In this document: positions 43,276 through 52,683 of the stretch, piece after piece
How the letters are laid out: each line of letters begins with the position of its first letter
How positions within the stretch are numbered: position 1 is the stretch's first letter
From: an uncultured Bacteroidales bacterium
GTDB lineage: Bacteria > Bacteroidota > Bacteroidia > Bacteroidales > UBA932
NCBI GenBank assembly: GCA_946410455.1
Contig: CAMKAJ010000001.1
Coordinates: 54,336-118,335, forward strand
DNA length: 64,000 nucleotides
Direction of reading: 5' to 3'
Program-made: the position numbers and the translations under genes
Notes under the pieces: generated by a model
The model's input: only the letters and a program-made list of their open reading frames with translations
Databases searched by the model: none
What the model was told of the DNA's origin: nothing

Positions 43276-44805
43276 TTATTCTCCCCAGTCAATGGGTTTG
43301 GTGTATTCATACCATTCGAGCACTGCGCTGCCGGTCTTGTCTGCACCAATGTACATGTTGATATCGGCGCCCCAGGTAACGGTGCGGAGCAGGCTCTCGG
43401 AGGTGTCGAAGCTTCCGGCTTCTACTCCATTCACCAAGTATGTGACATGGCAATAAGTAGCGCCGCTCGGGTCGAACTTGTAGGTGATATCCACAGGTTG
43501 AGAGAAGTCCAGGTCTGTAAATGAGCTCACAGTGGGCTTGTTGCCGTCGCCTGCAGCGTTGAATTCATAACCTATCTTCCCGTCTGCCGGACGAATGTCA
43601 GCCTTGAGCTCGCATCCTTCGCTGAAGCAGAACCAGTGCCTTACGCGAAGTCCTTCACCGGATCCCAGGCTAAGGTCTTTCCAGTGGAAGGTGTAAGTAC
43701 CGAAAGGCATGGAGCTGCGGTTCAGACGACATCTGGCCTCGAACAATGCACCCACCCCACTGGTATAAACAGGAGCGTTGTCCCAGTCGGACTTCCATAA
43801 TCCAATTTCTGCGTTATCTACAATATGGCGCTCGGGAGCAATAGGATAGGCCTGCTTCACTATGATGGTCTTCTGCACCTTGGGGTCTGACTCGTTGGCG
43901 CTTACAGAGCTGATGGTGATGCTTCCTATGCGGAGCGAGCTGCCCGCAGAGTTGTCCTGGAACTTGAGGTTCAGGGTACCGTCTCCGTCGTGTCCGTCGG
44001 GGTTCAGGATTTCGAACCAGGTATCTGCGCTGCTGCCTTTAGCAGCTGTCCACTTAGTGTTGGACGATACCAGCAGCGAAGATGATTCCTGATCGTAGCC
44101 GGCGCGGACCTCAAGAGCTTCCGGATCCAGCAGCACGCCGTCCTGCGTAAGCCTGATGATGGCGCGCTCCTCGCCGTTGCGGTCGTAAACAGCCACGGCG
44201 CCATAGCGCATTTCTCCGGTATTGTCCGGAGCGCTCAGGGTAACGGTACCGTTCTTCTCACCGGTAGCACCGTTGGCAATTGTAATCCACTCGCCCTCAA
44301 TAACCTTAGTGCTCCATGGCTGGTTGGAGATGACGCTGAATGATACTTCTCCGCCGGATTTGTCCAGCATAAGGGCCTGCTCGTCTTCCGGGACACGGAG
44401 GAAAGCGGTACCCTTCTGGTACACCATTACGGTCTTGCCAACAAAACCGTCGCTGGCAATCACTATCTGGTCTGTGCGGTCGTCAAGGTCGGTATTGTCG
44501 TAATACTGAACCTTGATGTTGGTATTCTCGCCTTTGCCCACGTGTACCAGTTCTTCAGGCTGGGCTTCACCCTCTTCTTCGCTGATTATACACCAGTCCG
44601 GGTGTTTGCTCTGTACGGTCCAGGGCTTGGTGGACTTTACTACGATTGTAAATGCTTGCGGGGAAATGGCGTCAAGCTCATATTTGTCGTTGGCGCGATA
44701 GCGGAGCTCAACGGTATCTATGGGCTCGGCAGGTTTTTCCTCGCAGGCCGACAGTCCCGCCATGAGGGCGAATCCTGCCAGAATGATATATAAGGTCTTT
44801 TTCAT
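43276..44805 (-). CDS. BACON-domain lipoprotein
   Basis: LSAC lipobox; repeated S-N-x-x-W / W-I-T-I beta-sandwich segments; downstream of susD. Confidence 0.7.
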   Translation of the reverse strand: MKKTLYIILAGFALMAGLSACEEKPAEPIDTVELRYRANDKYELDAISPQAFTIVVKSTKPWTVQSKHPDWCIISEEEGEAQPEELVHVGKGENTNIKVQYYDNTDLDDRTDQIVIASDGFVGKTVMVYQKGTAFLRVPEDEQALMLDKSGGEVSFSVISNQPWSTKVIEGEWITIANGATGEKNGTVTLSAPDNTGEMRYGAVAVYDRNGEERAIIRLTQDGVLLDPEALEVRAGYDQESSSLLVSSNTKWTAAKGSSADTWFEILNPDGHDGDGTLNLKFQDNSAGSSLRIGSITISSVSANESDPKVQKTIIVKQAYPIAPERHIVDNAEIGLWKSDWDNAPVYTSGVGALFEARCRLNRSSMPFGTYTFHWKDLSLGSGEGLRVRHWFCFSEGCELKADIRPADGKIGYEFNAAGDGNKPTVSSFTDLDFSQPVDITYKFDPSGATYCHVTYLVNGVEAGSFDTSESLLRTVTWGADINMYIGADKTGSAVLEWYEYTKPIDWGE

Positions 44806-44821
44806 TGTGTCACCGTTTTAA

Positions 44822-46321
44822 TTAGAGGACAGTCAGTTCGCAAGACTTCACTATGTACCAGGTGCCGTCCGTGGTGGCCTTGTCGGTGCCGAACCAGTAC
44901 TTGCCTGCGGCCTCGGGGTTGTCGGCGAACACGGAACGGTAGTTCAGGGTAGTGTTGAGAACGCCGTTGTACCAGAAGTTCACCACATGCCACCATACGC
45001 CCGGATAGTCGGGATCGGCGCTAAGCTGCGGCAGTACCTCGAAGCGATACTCCTTCATGGCGTTCAGTGCGGCTTTGTCGATGCCGTTGAGCGAGACGTT
45101 CTGATAGGTAGAAACTGCATCGCCATTAGGCTTATGGGTGACGGTCAGCGAGCCGTCCTGGCGCAGGCGCACATTGTCGCCCAGGCCAATCTGGCTGTAG
45201 ATGTTGCAGCCGTCGGCATTCACTGCGCACCACATGCGAGCCTTGTCGCCAAATGCAACCTGGCCCATAGTGAGCACTATAGATACGTAGCGGAAGTCGT
45301 CCAGAGTACTGACCTTCGAGACCTTGTCGGTATAAATCTTCACGCTGCCGTCCGATTGCACTTCGCAGTTGCCGGAGAAGCTGAAGTTGATGCCCTGCTT
45401 GAGCTCTACCGAGCGGCTGATGCTCTCGTCTGCACTGGCGGTGGGCTTGATGGTCAGTTTGATTTTGCGCTCTTTGAAATACTTGTTCCAGGGGATGCTG
45501 AGTTTTATCTTGTCGTCCCCGACTTTCTCTGCGCTGAATTCCGAGTTGTCGCACTCGACCTTCCAGTCCATGGTAGCATCCACATCAATCATCAGCTCTC
45601 CGCCCCTGCGGTCTAGCTCGGTAGTCTCGTCGATACCCACGAATTCGAGCGACTGGCCGTTCTGCCTTACGAGGAACTCGTATTTCTGGTCTGCGGCCGT
45701 AACTGTTACAGTAGTGCTGCGCTTGATGGAGCTGTTGGCCTCTGCGGTAGCAGTGACTGTGAATGACTGTATGGTGCCATCTGAGCTTCCCTTTGCGGGG
45801 TTGAGGCTGAGCCAAGGGTCGGCAGCTTTAGCTTCCCAGTCGATATTGGTTTCTAGCTGGAAATCTTTGGTGCCGCCGGCAACCGGCAGAAGTTCTGTAT
45901 CTGCAATGGGAATCACCACGAGCGACGGCTGGCGCAGCTGGGTGATGAGCACTTTGCGGACGAGATCGGAATTCTCGCTCCGGATACTGAGGGTTACAGA
46001 ACGGTCGAGAGCGTCGGGGTTCACAACCGTCTGGATGCGGATATCTTCAGACAAGCTGGAAACGGCGCTGGAAACTGGCGATACGCTTATCCAAGCCTCG
46101 TTCTCGAATCCGGTAATCGTCCAAGGTGTATTGGAGGATACCCTGAACGAAATGTCCTGCGGGATGTTGGCCTGGATGGTATAGCTCTCCAGGGCGTCGC
46201 AGTCCAGACGAGGAGCCGGCGTGGGCTGGGAATCTATCTGGTCCAGTACGCAAGATGCGGCTGCAAGCAGTGCACCCAGGTACAGGACTGTTTTGAATAT
46301 GCTTTTCATAATGCTTTTCAT
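44822..46321 (-). CDS. BACON-domain lipoprotein
   Basis: ASC lipobox; SNTPWTI and TNIDWEA BACON-type repeats; start could be 46309. Confidence 0.7.
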   Translation of the reverse strand: MKSIMKSIFKTVLYLGALLAAASCVLDQIDSQPTPAPRLDCDALESYTIQANIPQDISFRVSSNTPWTITGFENEAWISVSPVSSAVSSLSEDIRIQTVVNPDALDRSVTLSIRSENSDLVRKVLITQLRQPSLVVIPIADTELLPVAGGTKDFQLETNIDWEAKAADPWLSLNPAKGSSDGTIQSFTVTATAEANSSIKRSTTVTVTAADQKYEFLVRQNGQSLEFVGIDETTELDRRGGELMIDVDATMDWKVECDNSEFSAEKVGDDKIKLSIPWNKYFKERKIKLTIKPTASADESISRSVELKQGINFSFSGNCEVQSDGSVKIYTDKVSKVSTLDDFRYVSIVLTMGQVAFGDKARMWCAVNADGCNIYSQIGLGDNVRLRQDGSLTVTHKPNGDAVSTYQNVSLNGIDKAALNAMKEYRFEVLPQLSADPDYPGVWWHVVNFWYNGVLNTTLNYRSVFADNPEAAGKYWFGTDKATTDGTWYIVKSCELTVL

Positions 46322-46336
46322 CTTTGGGTTAAACCA

Positions 46337-48022
46337 CTACCATCCGGGATTCTGGGGCCCCAGGTTGGTGTTGCAGAACAGTTCGGACTGAGGAATGGGG
46401 TACAGGTACATCCGATCGGCCCATGTACGGTTCTCTACGAGCACGCGGCTGTAATCTTTGCCGTCGGCACCTGCGAGAATCTGAACTCCGTAGATTGCTT
46501 TCTGGCTGTCGGCCGCAATCTTCCAGCGGCGCACATCCCAGAAGCGGTGGTCTTCGAATGCGAACTCAACTCTCCATTCCCTCTGTATGGCATTGCGGAA
46601 GGCTTCCTGGCCGGAAACCTCAACACCGGGCATTCCTGCATTCTCGCGCACCTGATTGAGGGCGGCGCGGGCGCTGATGTTGAAGGGCCCGTCTGTTGCG
46701 TCGGGATTCCCGAGATACTCGTTAAGCGCCTCGGCATAGCTCAGCAGCACTTCTGCGTAGCGGAACACAATCCAGCTGTGCTTGAGCTTGATGTTGGCCT
46801 CGGGAGTGAAGTCGGTGTCTTCCAGAATGTAGCGGCGCAGGTAGTAGCCGGTAGGGGTGCCGAGGTCCTGGCGGGTGGCGGAATAGTCTGCACCTCCCAC
46901 GAAGGTCTCGATTACCGAACTCTTGAACGGCATGCCGTCTGCAAGGATGGTGCGGGCAAAGCGAGGGTCTCGTCCGTCGTAGGGATTCTCTACATCGAAG
47001 TTGGGGTCGTCTGTCTGCCATCCGTCTGCGCCGAGCACTATGTCGTAACCGCCTGCGGTCTGGAATGCGTCAACCAGGTTCTGGGTGGGATAGGTGCCAG
47101 ACATATAAGTACGCTGGCCCATCGTGAAGCGCACCGGGAAGTTGTACTTCTCGAAGCTCTGGCTCTCGGAACGAAGAATCTGGAAGATAACCTCCGGAGA
47201 AGCGTTGGCTGCGCTGTTTGCCTTCTCGGCAGGATCCAGGCGGAAGAGCCCGAGGTCCATGATGTCTTTGGCGGCCTGTGCGGCTTTCTGCCACTTGGTT
47301 TTGTCGCCGCTCTCGTTGAACAGAGGGCTGGCGGCATAGAGGAGGGCCTTAGCCTTGAGGGCCATGGCGAAGCCCCTGGTAACGCGGCCGTATTCGCTTG
47401 CGAGCATGTTCATGTAGGAATCGGGAAGATTCTGGGCGCACTCATCACACTCGGAGACCACGAAGTCGATTACCTCATCGAAGGGGGTCTTTGCCATGGA
47501 ATTGGCTTCTTCTATGCTGAGCATGGTGGTGGGCATGACAATGTCGCCGTAGCGGCGGGCAAGCTCGAATATGTAGTATGCCCTCAAGGCTCGTGCCTGA
47601 TAAGGATATAGCGCGATGTGCTCCATCCACTGGCCGTACCTGTTATCGTACTGGTTCACAGACAGGTCTACCGTCTTTATAGATTCCAGGAACTCGTTGG
47701 CACTGCGGATAGCGTTGTACAAGCTCCACTTGGTATCTACGGTAGTGATGGCGCTCCAGTTGCCGTTGCCGAAGCGCTGCACAGAAGCGTCGGGGTCGCC
47801 GAATTCGGCGTCGTCACATCCGCACTCGCGCATTGCGTCGGACACATCTACGATGTCCTTGGAAGGCATGTAACCGTAGATGTTGGTGAGCATCTTCTGG
47901 ATGTTATCGTAGCTCTTGTACATGTCTTCGCGGGTGTAGTCGCCGGAGGTCTCGTCAAAATCCAGGAAATTGCAGCCTGCAAGCAGCAGGGCGGCGGTCA
48001 GAAGGTAAAATAACTTTTTCAT
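46337..48022 (-). CDS. susD: SusD/RagB family lipoprotein
   Basis: LAGC lipobox; FRYAEVLLSYAEA, EFAFEDHRFWDVRRW, LYPIP, QNPGW. Confidence 0.92.
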   Translation of the reverse strand: MKKLFYLLTAALLLAGCNFLDFDETSGDYTREDMYKSYDNIQKMLTNIYGYMPSKDIVDVSDAMRECGCDDAEFGDPDASVQRFGNGNWSAITTVDTKWSLYNAIRSANEFLESIKTVDLSVNQYDNRYGQWMEHIALYPYQARALRAYYIFELARRYGDIVMPTTMLSIEEANSMAKTPFDEVIDFVVSECDECAQNLPDSYMNMLASEYGRVTRGFAMALKAKALLYAASPLFNESGDKTKWQKAAQAAKDIMDLGLFRLDPAEKANSAANASPEVIFQILRSESQSFEKYNFPVRFTMGQRTYMSGTYPTQNLVDAFQTAGGYDIVLGADGWQTDDPNFDVENPYDGRDPRFARTILADGMPFKSSVIETFVGGADYSATRQDLGTPTGYYLRRYILEDTDFTPEANIKLKHSWIVFRYAEVLLSYAEALNEYLGNPDATDGPFNISARAALNQVRENAGMPGVEVSGQEAFRNAIQREWRVEFAFEDHRFWDVRRWKIAADSQKAIYGVQILAGADGKDYSRVLVENRTWADRMYLYPIPQSELFCNTNLGPQNPGW

Positions 48023-48035
48023 AACGTTTCCCGGT

Positions 48036-50765
48036 TTAGAAGTTGAACTTTACGCTTGCCCAGAAAACTCTGGTAGTGGGATAATAGGCTCCGAGCTGCT
48101 CGGGATCGGCAAACTGTATGTTGTCGAAGCAGAAGAGGTTGGTGCCGTTTACAGATACGGTGGCGTCGCAAAGCTTGAGCGCGCTCTTGGGGATGGTGTA
48201 GGAAATACCCACGTTGCGCAGCTTCAAGAACGAGCCGTCACGCAGCCAAAGATTGCTTGTACGGAAGTTGTTCTCTCCACCTTCCGTAGTGAGGCGCGGC
48301 ATTGTGGCCTTGTCGGCATTATCCGGAGTCCAGGGGGTCTCGCGCTTCAGGAAAGTGTTGGAGATGGTGTAGTTGTTGGCAATAGGCTGATACAGAGGAG
48401 AATCCAGCAGGCTAAGGGTAACGCCCGTTACGCCCTGGAAGTCTGCATAAATCTTAAGCCCCTTCCATCCGGCGTGGAGACCAAATCCGTACTGCAGCAT
48501 AGGAGTGGTAGAGCCGAACATCTTCACGCGGTCTTCGTTATTGATGACTCCGTCTCCGTTCTGGTCTTTATACTTGATGTCTCCGGGCTTTACGTCGCCG
48601 AAGGTCTGCTTGGGGGAGTTGTTAATATCTGCCTGGTCCTGGAAGAATCCAATAGCCTCAAGACCATAGTACTGCCCCACGGGGTTGCCCTTGTGGTAGA
48701 GGTAGGAGTACTGCTGGTATGCCTGGCCGTCATCTACTACCTCAGTAAACAGCCAGCCGGCGTTTCCATAAACTCCATACTCGAAGTCCCCGAGCTTGTC
48801 GTTCCATGCAAGGCTGAGGTCTATACCATTGTATTTATACTCACCAATGCTCTGCTCCTTGAGGTCTATACCCAGGATACCGGACACATTGGAAGGCTCT
48901 ACAAGGATATTGGTGCGGTCTTCCCAGAATGCCTCGGCGCTTGCGCGCAGGCGGTTCTTGAACAGCTTGGTTTCTACTCCGCCGTTCAGGGTGAGAGCCC
49001 TCTCGGGAGCCAGAGTCAGAGCTGCCATGGAGCCCTCGGCGCGTCCGGAGTAACCGGAAACGTTAGCTCCGAAGTTGTAACTGTGGCCGTTGGAAGAGCC
49101 ATAAGCCTGGCGCCAGAGTTCGTGGTACAGGTCTCCGTCGGAGCCGGAAAGGCCTCCGGAGGCGTAAACCTTAATGTACGGTTCTGTAGAAACGATACCG
49201 GCCAGACTCAGAGCGGGATACAAATTGAAGCGTTTGCCGGGAGCCAGATATGCCGAGCCGGAATAGTTCACCACTGCGTCTGCAAATAGGCGGTCGTTCC
49301 AGTTGTAGCTGGCTGTGGCAATGAGTTCCTGTGTCTTGGATGAGCCGTTGCGGCTGTTCTCGATCCATGAGCGCTGGCGATAGCCCAGGTTTGCTCCAAC
49401 TTTGTGCTTGCCGAAGCTGCGGGAGTAATTAACCCGTGCATTCAGCTCGAACTTCATGCTGAGGCTGTTGAACCAGTGGCTGAACTCTACAACCTTGGAA
49501 TTGATGCCGTAGCGCTGCATCATACCACCCACAAGCTCTGCGTACTGGTACTCTTTCTCGCCGCTTTCCGTCATCTTGCCAATGTAGTCGAAGGCCACGG
49601 AAGCCTCTGCGCTCAGTCCCTCTACAAGGGAGCTGAAGTCCTGGCGCAAGGTCAGGTCTGCCAGCACTTTGGTCTGGTTGTAGGTGTGAGAGCCAGTGTC
49701 GAAGAGCTGGGCTACCGGGTTTACGTTACCGTAGATGGAGCTGCCGCCGTAGGTGCCGTCTGCGTGCTTAACGGGGAAGGCGCTTGCGGGCAGCTTGTAG
49801 AGCGCTTTCTCCAGGCGCTCGTCCCAGTTGGGGCGGTTGAACTCCGACAGGCGTGCCATTACGCCCACTTTCATTGCGGTGCTGTTGGTGATGTTCACAT
49901 CTACATTTGCCCTGATGCCAAGTCGGTTGTCGTAAACGTGCGCGTTGTAGCGGTCATCCGTGTCGGGCCTTATGTACATGGCGTCATCTTTCAGGTAATC
50001 CACGGCTGCAAAGTAACGGAAGTTGAGGTTGCCGCCGGTGAACGTGAACTCTGCGCGATGGTTGTCTCCGTGATTGCGGTAAATCTGGTTCCACCAGTTC
50101 ACGTTGGGATACGCATAAACGTCGTCAGGCTGTGAGCCCTGGGTGTATGCGTAGAACGCGTTGAGGTCTGCATTGCTGTAGCGGGCGGGCAGGCCGTCAA
50201 GCTCTCGTGCCTGGTTTACGTAATATGCATAAGTATAGGCATCGGAGAACTCAGGTGTGCGGGTTGCCATGGCCAGTCCGTACTGGTACTTTGCAGTTAC
50301 GTGCAGGGGAGTGGCCTTGCCTCGCTTGGTCTTGATGTTTATCACGCCGTTAGCACCTTTGATGCCGTACAGGGCAGCGGCAGCGGCGTCTTTAAGGATT
50401 TCTATGGATTCTATTTCGAGTCCGTTTATGTCGTCCAGTTCGCGCGGGAAGCCATCTACCAACAGGAGCGGACTGTGACCATGGAGGCGCAGCTTGGACT
50501 GGTTTTCCTCGCTGCGGCCGGTCCCTTGCTTCACAAGCAGGCCCGAGAACTGTCCGTAGAGGGCTTTTGCGATATCTACTTCCGGGCTGCGCTCGAAGAG
50601 CTCGGAGCCGCCGGCAGCATTCCCGTTCGCATACAAGCCGTAGGAGTTGCCCAGGACTATGGAGTCCATCTGCGACACAGCGCTATTCTGGGCGTATGCT
50701 GAGAAGCCGGCCAGAAGCAGCGATATAATCGTAAGTGTCAATATTTTTTTCATCTTCGGGTACAT
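48036..50765 (-). CDS. susC: Short SusC-like TonB-dependent transporter lacking the N-terminal extension
   Basis: LKDAAAAALYGIKGANGVINIKTKRG, DGSFLKLRN, C-terminal F; 909 aa; start could be 50753. Confidence 0.88.
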   Translation of the reverse strand: MYPKMKKILTLTIISLLLAGFSAYAQNSAVSQMDSIVLGNSYGLYANGNAAGGSELFERSPEVDIAKALYGQFSGLLVKQGTGRSEENQSKLRLHGHSPLLLVDGFPRELDDINGLEIESIEILKDAAAAALYGIKGANGVINIKTKRGKATPLHVTAKYQYGLAMATRTPEFSDAYTYAYYVNQARELDGLPARYSNADLNAFYAYTQGSQPDDVYAYPNVNWWNQIYRNHGDNHRAEFTFTGGNLNFRYFAAVDYLKDDAMYIRPDTDDRYNAHVYDNRLGIRANVDVNITNSTAMKVGVMARLSEFNRPNWDERLEKALYKLPASAFPVKHADGTYGGSSIYGNVNPVAQLFDTGSHTYNQTKVLADLTLRQDFSSLVEGLSAEASVAFDYIGKMTESGEKEYQYAELVGGMMQRYGINSKVVEFSHWFNSLSMKFELNARVNYSRSFGKHKVGANLGYRQRSWIENSRNGSSKTQELIATASYNWNDRLFADAVVNYSGSAYLAPGKRFNLYPALSLAGIVSTEPYIKVYASGGLSGSDGDLYHELWRQAYGSSNGHSYNFGANVSGYSGRAEGSMAALTLAPERALTLNGGVETKLFKNRLRASAEAFWEDRTNILVEPSNVSGILGIDLKEQSIGEYKYNGIDLSLAWNDKLGDFEYGVYGNAGWLFTEVVDDGQAYQQYSYLYHKGNPVGQYYGLEAIGFFQDQADINNSPKQTFGDVKPGDIKYKDQNGDGVINNEDRVKMFGSTTPMLQYGFGLHAGWKGLKIYADFQGVTGVTLSLLDSPLYQPIANNYTISNTFLKRETPWTPDNADKATMPRLTTEGGENNFRTSNLWLRDGSFLKLRNVGISYTIPKSALKLCDATVSVNGTNLFCFDNIQFADPEQLGAYYPTTRVFWASVKFNF

Positions 50766-50772
50766 TTTAAGT

Positions 50773-52671
50773 TTACCAGCCCGGATTCTGTGTCATGCCA
50801 TAGCCCTTCTGGATCTCTTCGTTGGGTATGGGGCACAGGTACCATTTAGTGTCGAAGTCGGTATACCATTTACGAGTCTGGGGAGCATCGTAAACGGGTT
50901 CTGCTCCGGTGTTGGGGTTGCCATAGGTGATGACAGTAGGATTGCGGCTGTCGTTACCCCACGACAGAAGGCCGTGGAGCCTGGTGGTAAAGGCCTCCTT
51001 AAGGCCCCAGCGCACCATGTCGAACCAGCGCACTTCCTCGAATCCGAATTCCAGTTCGCGCTCAAGGATGAGGGCGGCGCGGAATTCCTCCTTGCTCATG
51101 CCTTCTGCAAGGCCTGGCAGGCCCACGCGGGCACGCACTGCGTTAACCCAGGCGTATGCTTGCTCGGAAGGAGCCCCGTCTGCCTCGTTGTAGGCCTCGG
51201 CCGCATTGAGGAAGACCTCTGCAAGGCGCATTGCGCACCAGTGAGGAGGTACGTCGCGGTCGGAGTTCTCCTGAAGCACATATTTCATGATAATGAATCC
51301 GGTTCCCAGACCCTGGTTGTTCCAGTGGTTGTAGAAAGATTTGCCGGGAGCGCCGTTCTTCCATTTGTCGCCGGGGGCGCAGACAGTCTCGTACAGACGG
51401 GGGTCACGGGTCTCCGTGAAGGTTCCGGAACCAACTTTCAGTGTGCCGTTAGGGTCGGGCACGAAGAAAGGCTGCTGCGGAGGATTCTTCCAGTCGAAGT
51501 CGGCTGGGAAGGGAGTTCCGTCTGCCCAAGGGAACTTGTTTACATATTCCAGGGGCGCACCGCTGGTGTAGTTGTCGATTACGTCGATGTACTTGCTGTG
51601 GAAGCTCGTGCTGTTGCTCTTGCGTATAGAGATTATGCACTCGATGCTTTCGCGGCTGTAGTATGCCTTCCTGAAGGCCAGACGGTAGTCGCGGGGCGTC
51701 GTGGTAGTGAGGCCGCTCACGGGGTCCTTGCCGGTGGGCGTTGCCTGTACGAGTCCGTAGCCGCCATAAACGGCAAGCAGGCTCATGAATTCATCGGCTG
51801 CTTCTTTTGCCTTCTGCCACAGGCCCTGGTCGTAGTGCTGGCCGTAGCGAACATATTTGCCCATGTTCTCCCAATCGGCAGCGTCGGGGTGCCAGGGGGT
51901 GTCTGAGTTGAAGGTAGAAGAGGCTGCAAAGCAGAGTACGCGAAGCTTGAGTCCCAGGGCTGCTGCCTTGGTGAGGCGTCCGCTTTCTGTGGCTCCTACA
52001 GACCAGGGGAGATCCTTTGCCGCTTCGTCGCATAGCTGTACTATGTAATCTACGGTCTGTGCAAAAGTAGCGCGGGGGAATTTGAGCTCCTGGTCCAGAT
52101 CTACTGTGTGGTCTATCAGAGGTACGCCGCCTACATAGCGGAACATGTTGGCGTAGGCGATGGCTATGCACATCTTGGCCTCCGCTTTCTTGCGGTCTAT
52201 CTCTGTCTTTGTTCCGTCGGGGATGCGGTCTGCATTCTCCAGGAAGAACCAAGCGTAACGTATTGCGGTGTAGTCCTTTTCTGTTTTACTGGAGCTGCCG
52301 CCGAAGCGGTAGGCTTCACCTCCAACCACGTCGCCGCTAATGCTGGCACTCAGACCTCCGTTGTAATAGAGGTTTATGGGGCCGTTGCCCTCGGTACTCT
52401 TCTTGGATACGAAATGGTCTGTAATGGATTCCAGAATTTCGGAGCCGAGTTTGCTGTCCAGCTCTGTGTTGAGGCCGTAAGGCAGATAGTAGTATGCTGT
52501 GGTGAGCACCTTGTCGGCATCTTTGAGGGAAGCAAAGAGTGTGTCGAGCGTTGCTCCGGAAGTCTCGGGAGCCTTGCTCAGGCCTTCGTCGCCAAGCTTC
52601 AGGCTTTCGCAGGAAACGCCCAGGCACGCGCCCAGAAGGACAATCGAGAGAAGTGTAAATATCTTTTTCAT
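50773..52671 (-). CDS. susD: SusD/RagB family lipoprotein
   Basis: VSC lipobox; YVGGVP, RLAEVFLNAAEA, ERELEFGFEEVRWFDMVRW, QNPGW. Confidence 0.92.
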   Translation of the reverse strand: MKKIFTLLSIVLLGACLGVSCESLKLGDEGLSKAPETSGATLDTLFASLKDADKVLTTAYYYLPYGLNTELDSKLGSEILESITDHFVSKKSTEGNGPINLYYNGGLSASISGDVVGGEAYRFGGSSSKTEKDYTAIRYAWFFLENADRIPDGTKTEIDRKKAEAKMCIAIAYANMFRYVGGVPLIDHTVDLDQELKFPRATFAQTVDYIVQLCDEAAKDLPWSVGATESGRLTKAAALGLKLRVLCFAASSTFNSDTPWHPDAADWENMGKYVRYGQHYDQGLWQKAKEAADEFMSLLAVYGGYGLVQATPTGKDPVSGLTTTTPRDYRLAFRKAYYSRESIECIISIRKSNSTSFHSKYIDVIDNYTSGAPLEYVNKFPWADGTPFPADFDWKNPPQQPFFVPDPNGTLKVGSGTFTETRDPRLYETVCAPGDKWKNGAPGKSFYNHWNNQGLGTGFIIMKYVLQENSDRDVPPHWCAMRLAEVFLNAAEAYNEADGAPSEQAYAWVNAVRARVGLPGLAEGMSKEEFRAALILERELEFGFEEVRWFDMVRWGLKEAFTTRLHGLLSWGNDSRNPTVITYGNPNTGAEPVYDAPQTRKWYTDFDTKWYLCPIPNEEIQKGYGMTQNPGW

Positions 52672-52683
52672 ATTGTCTCCGGT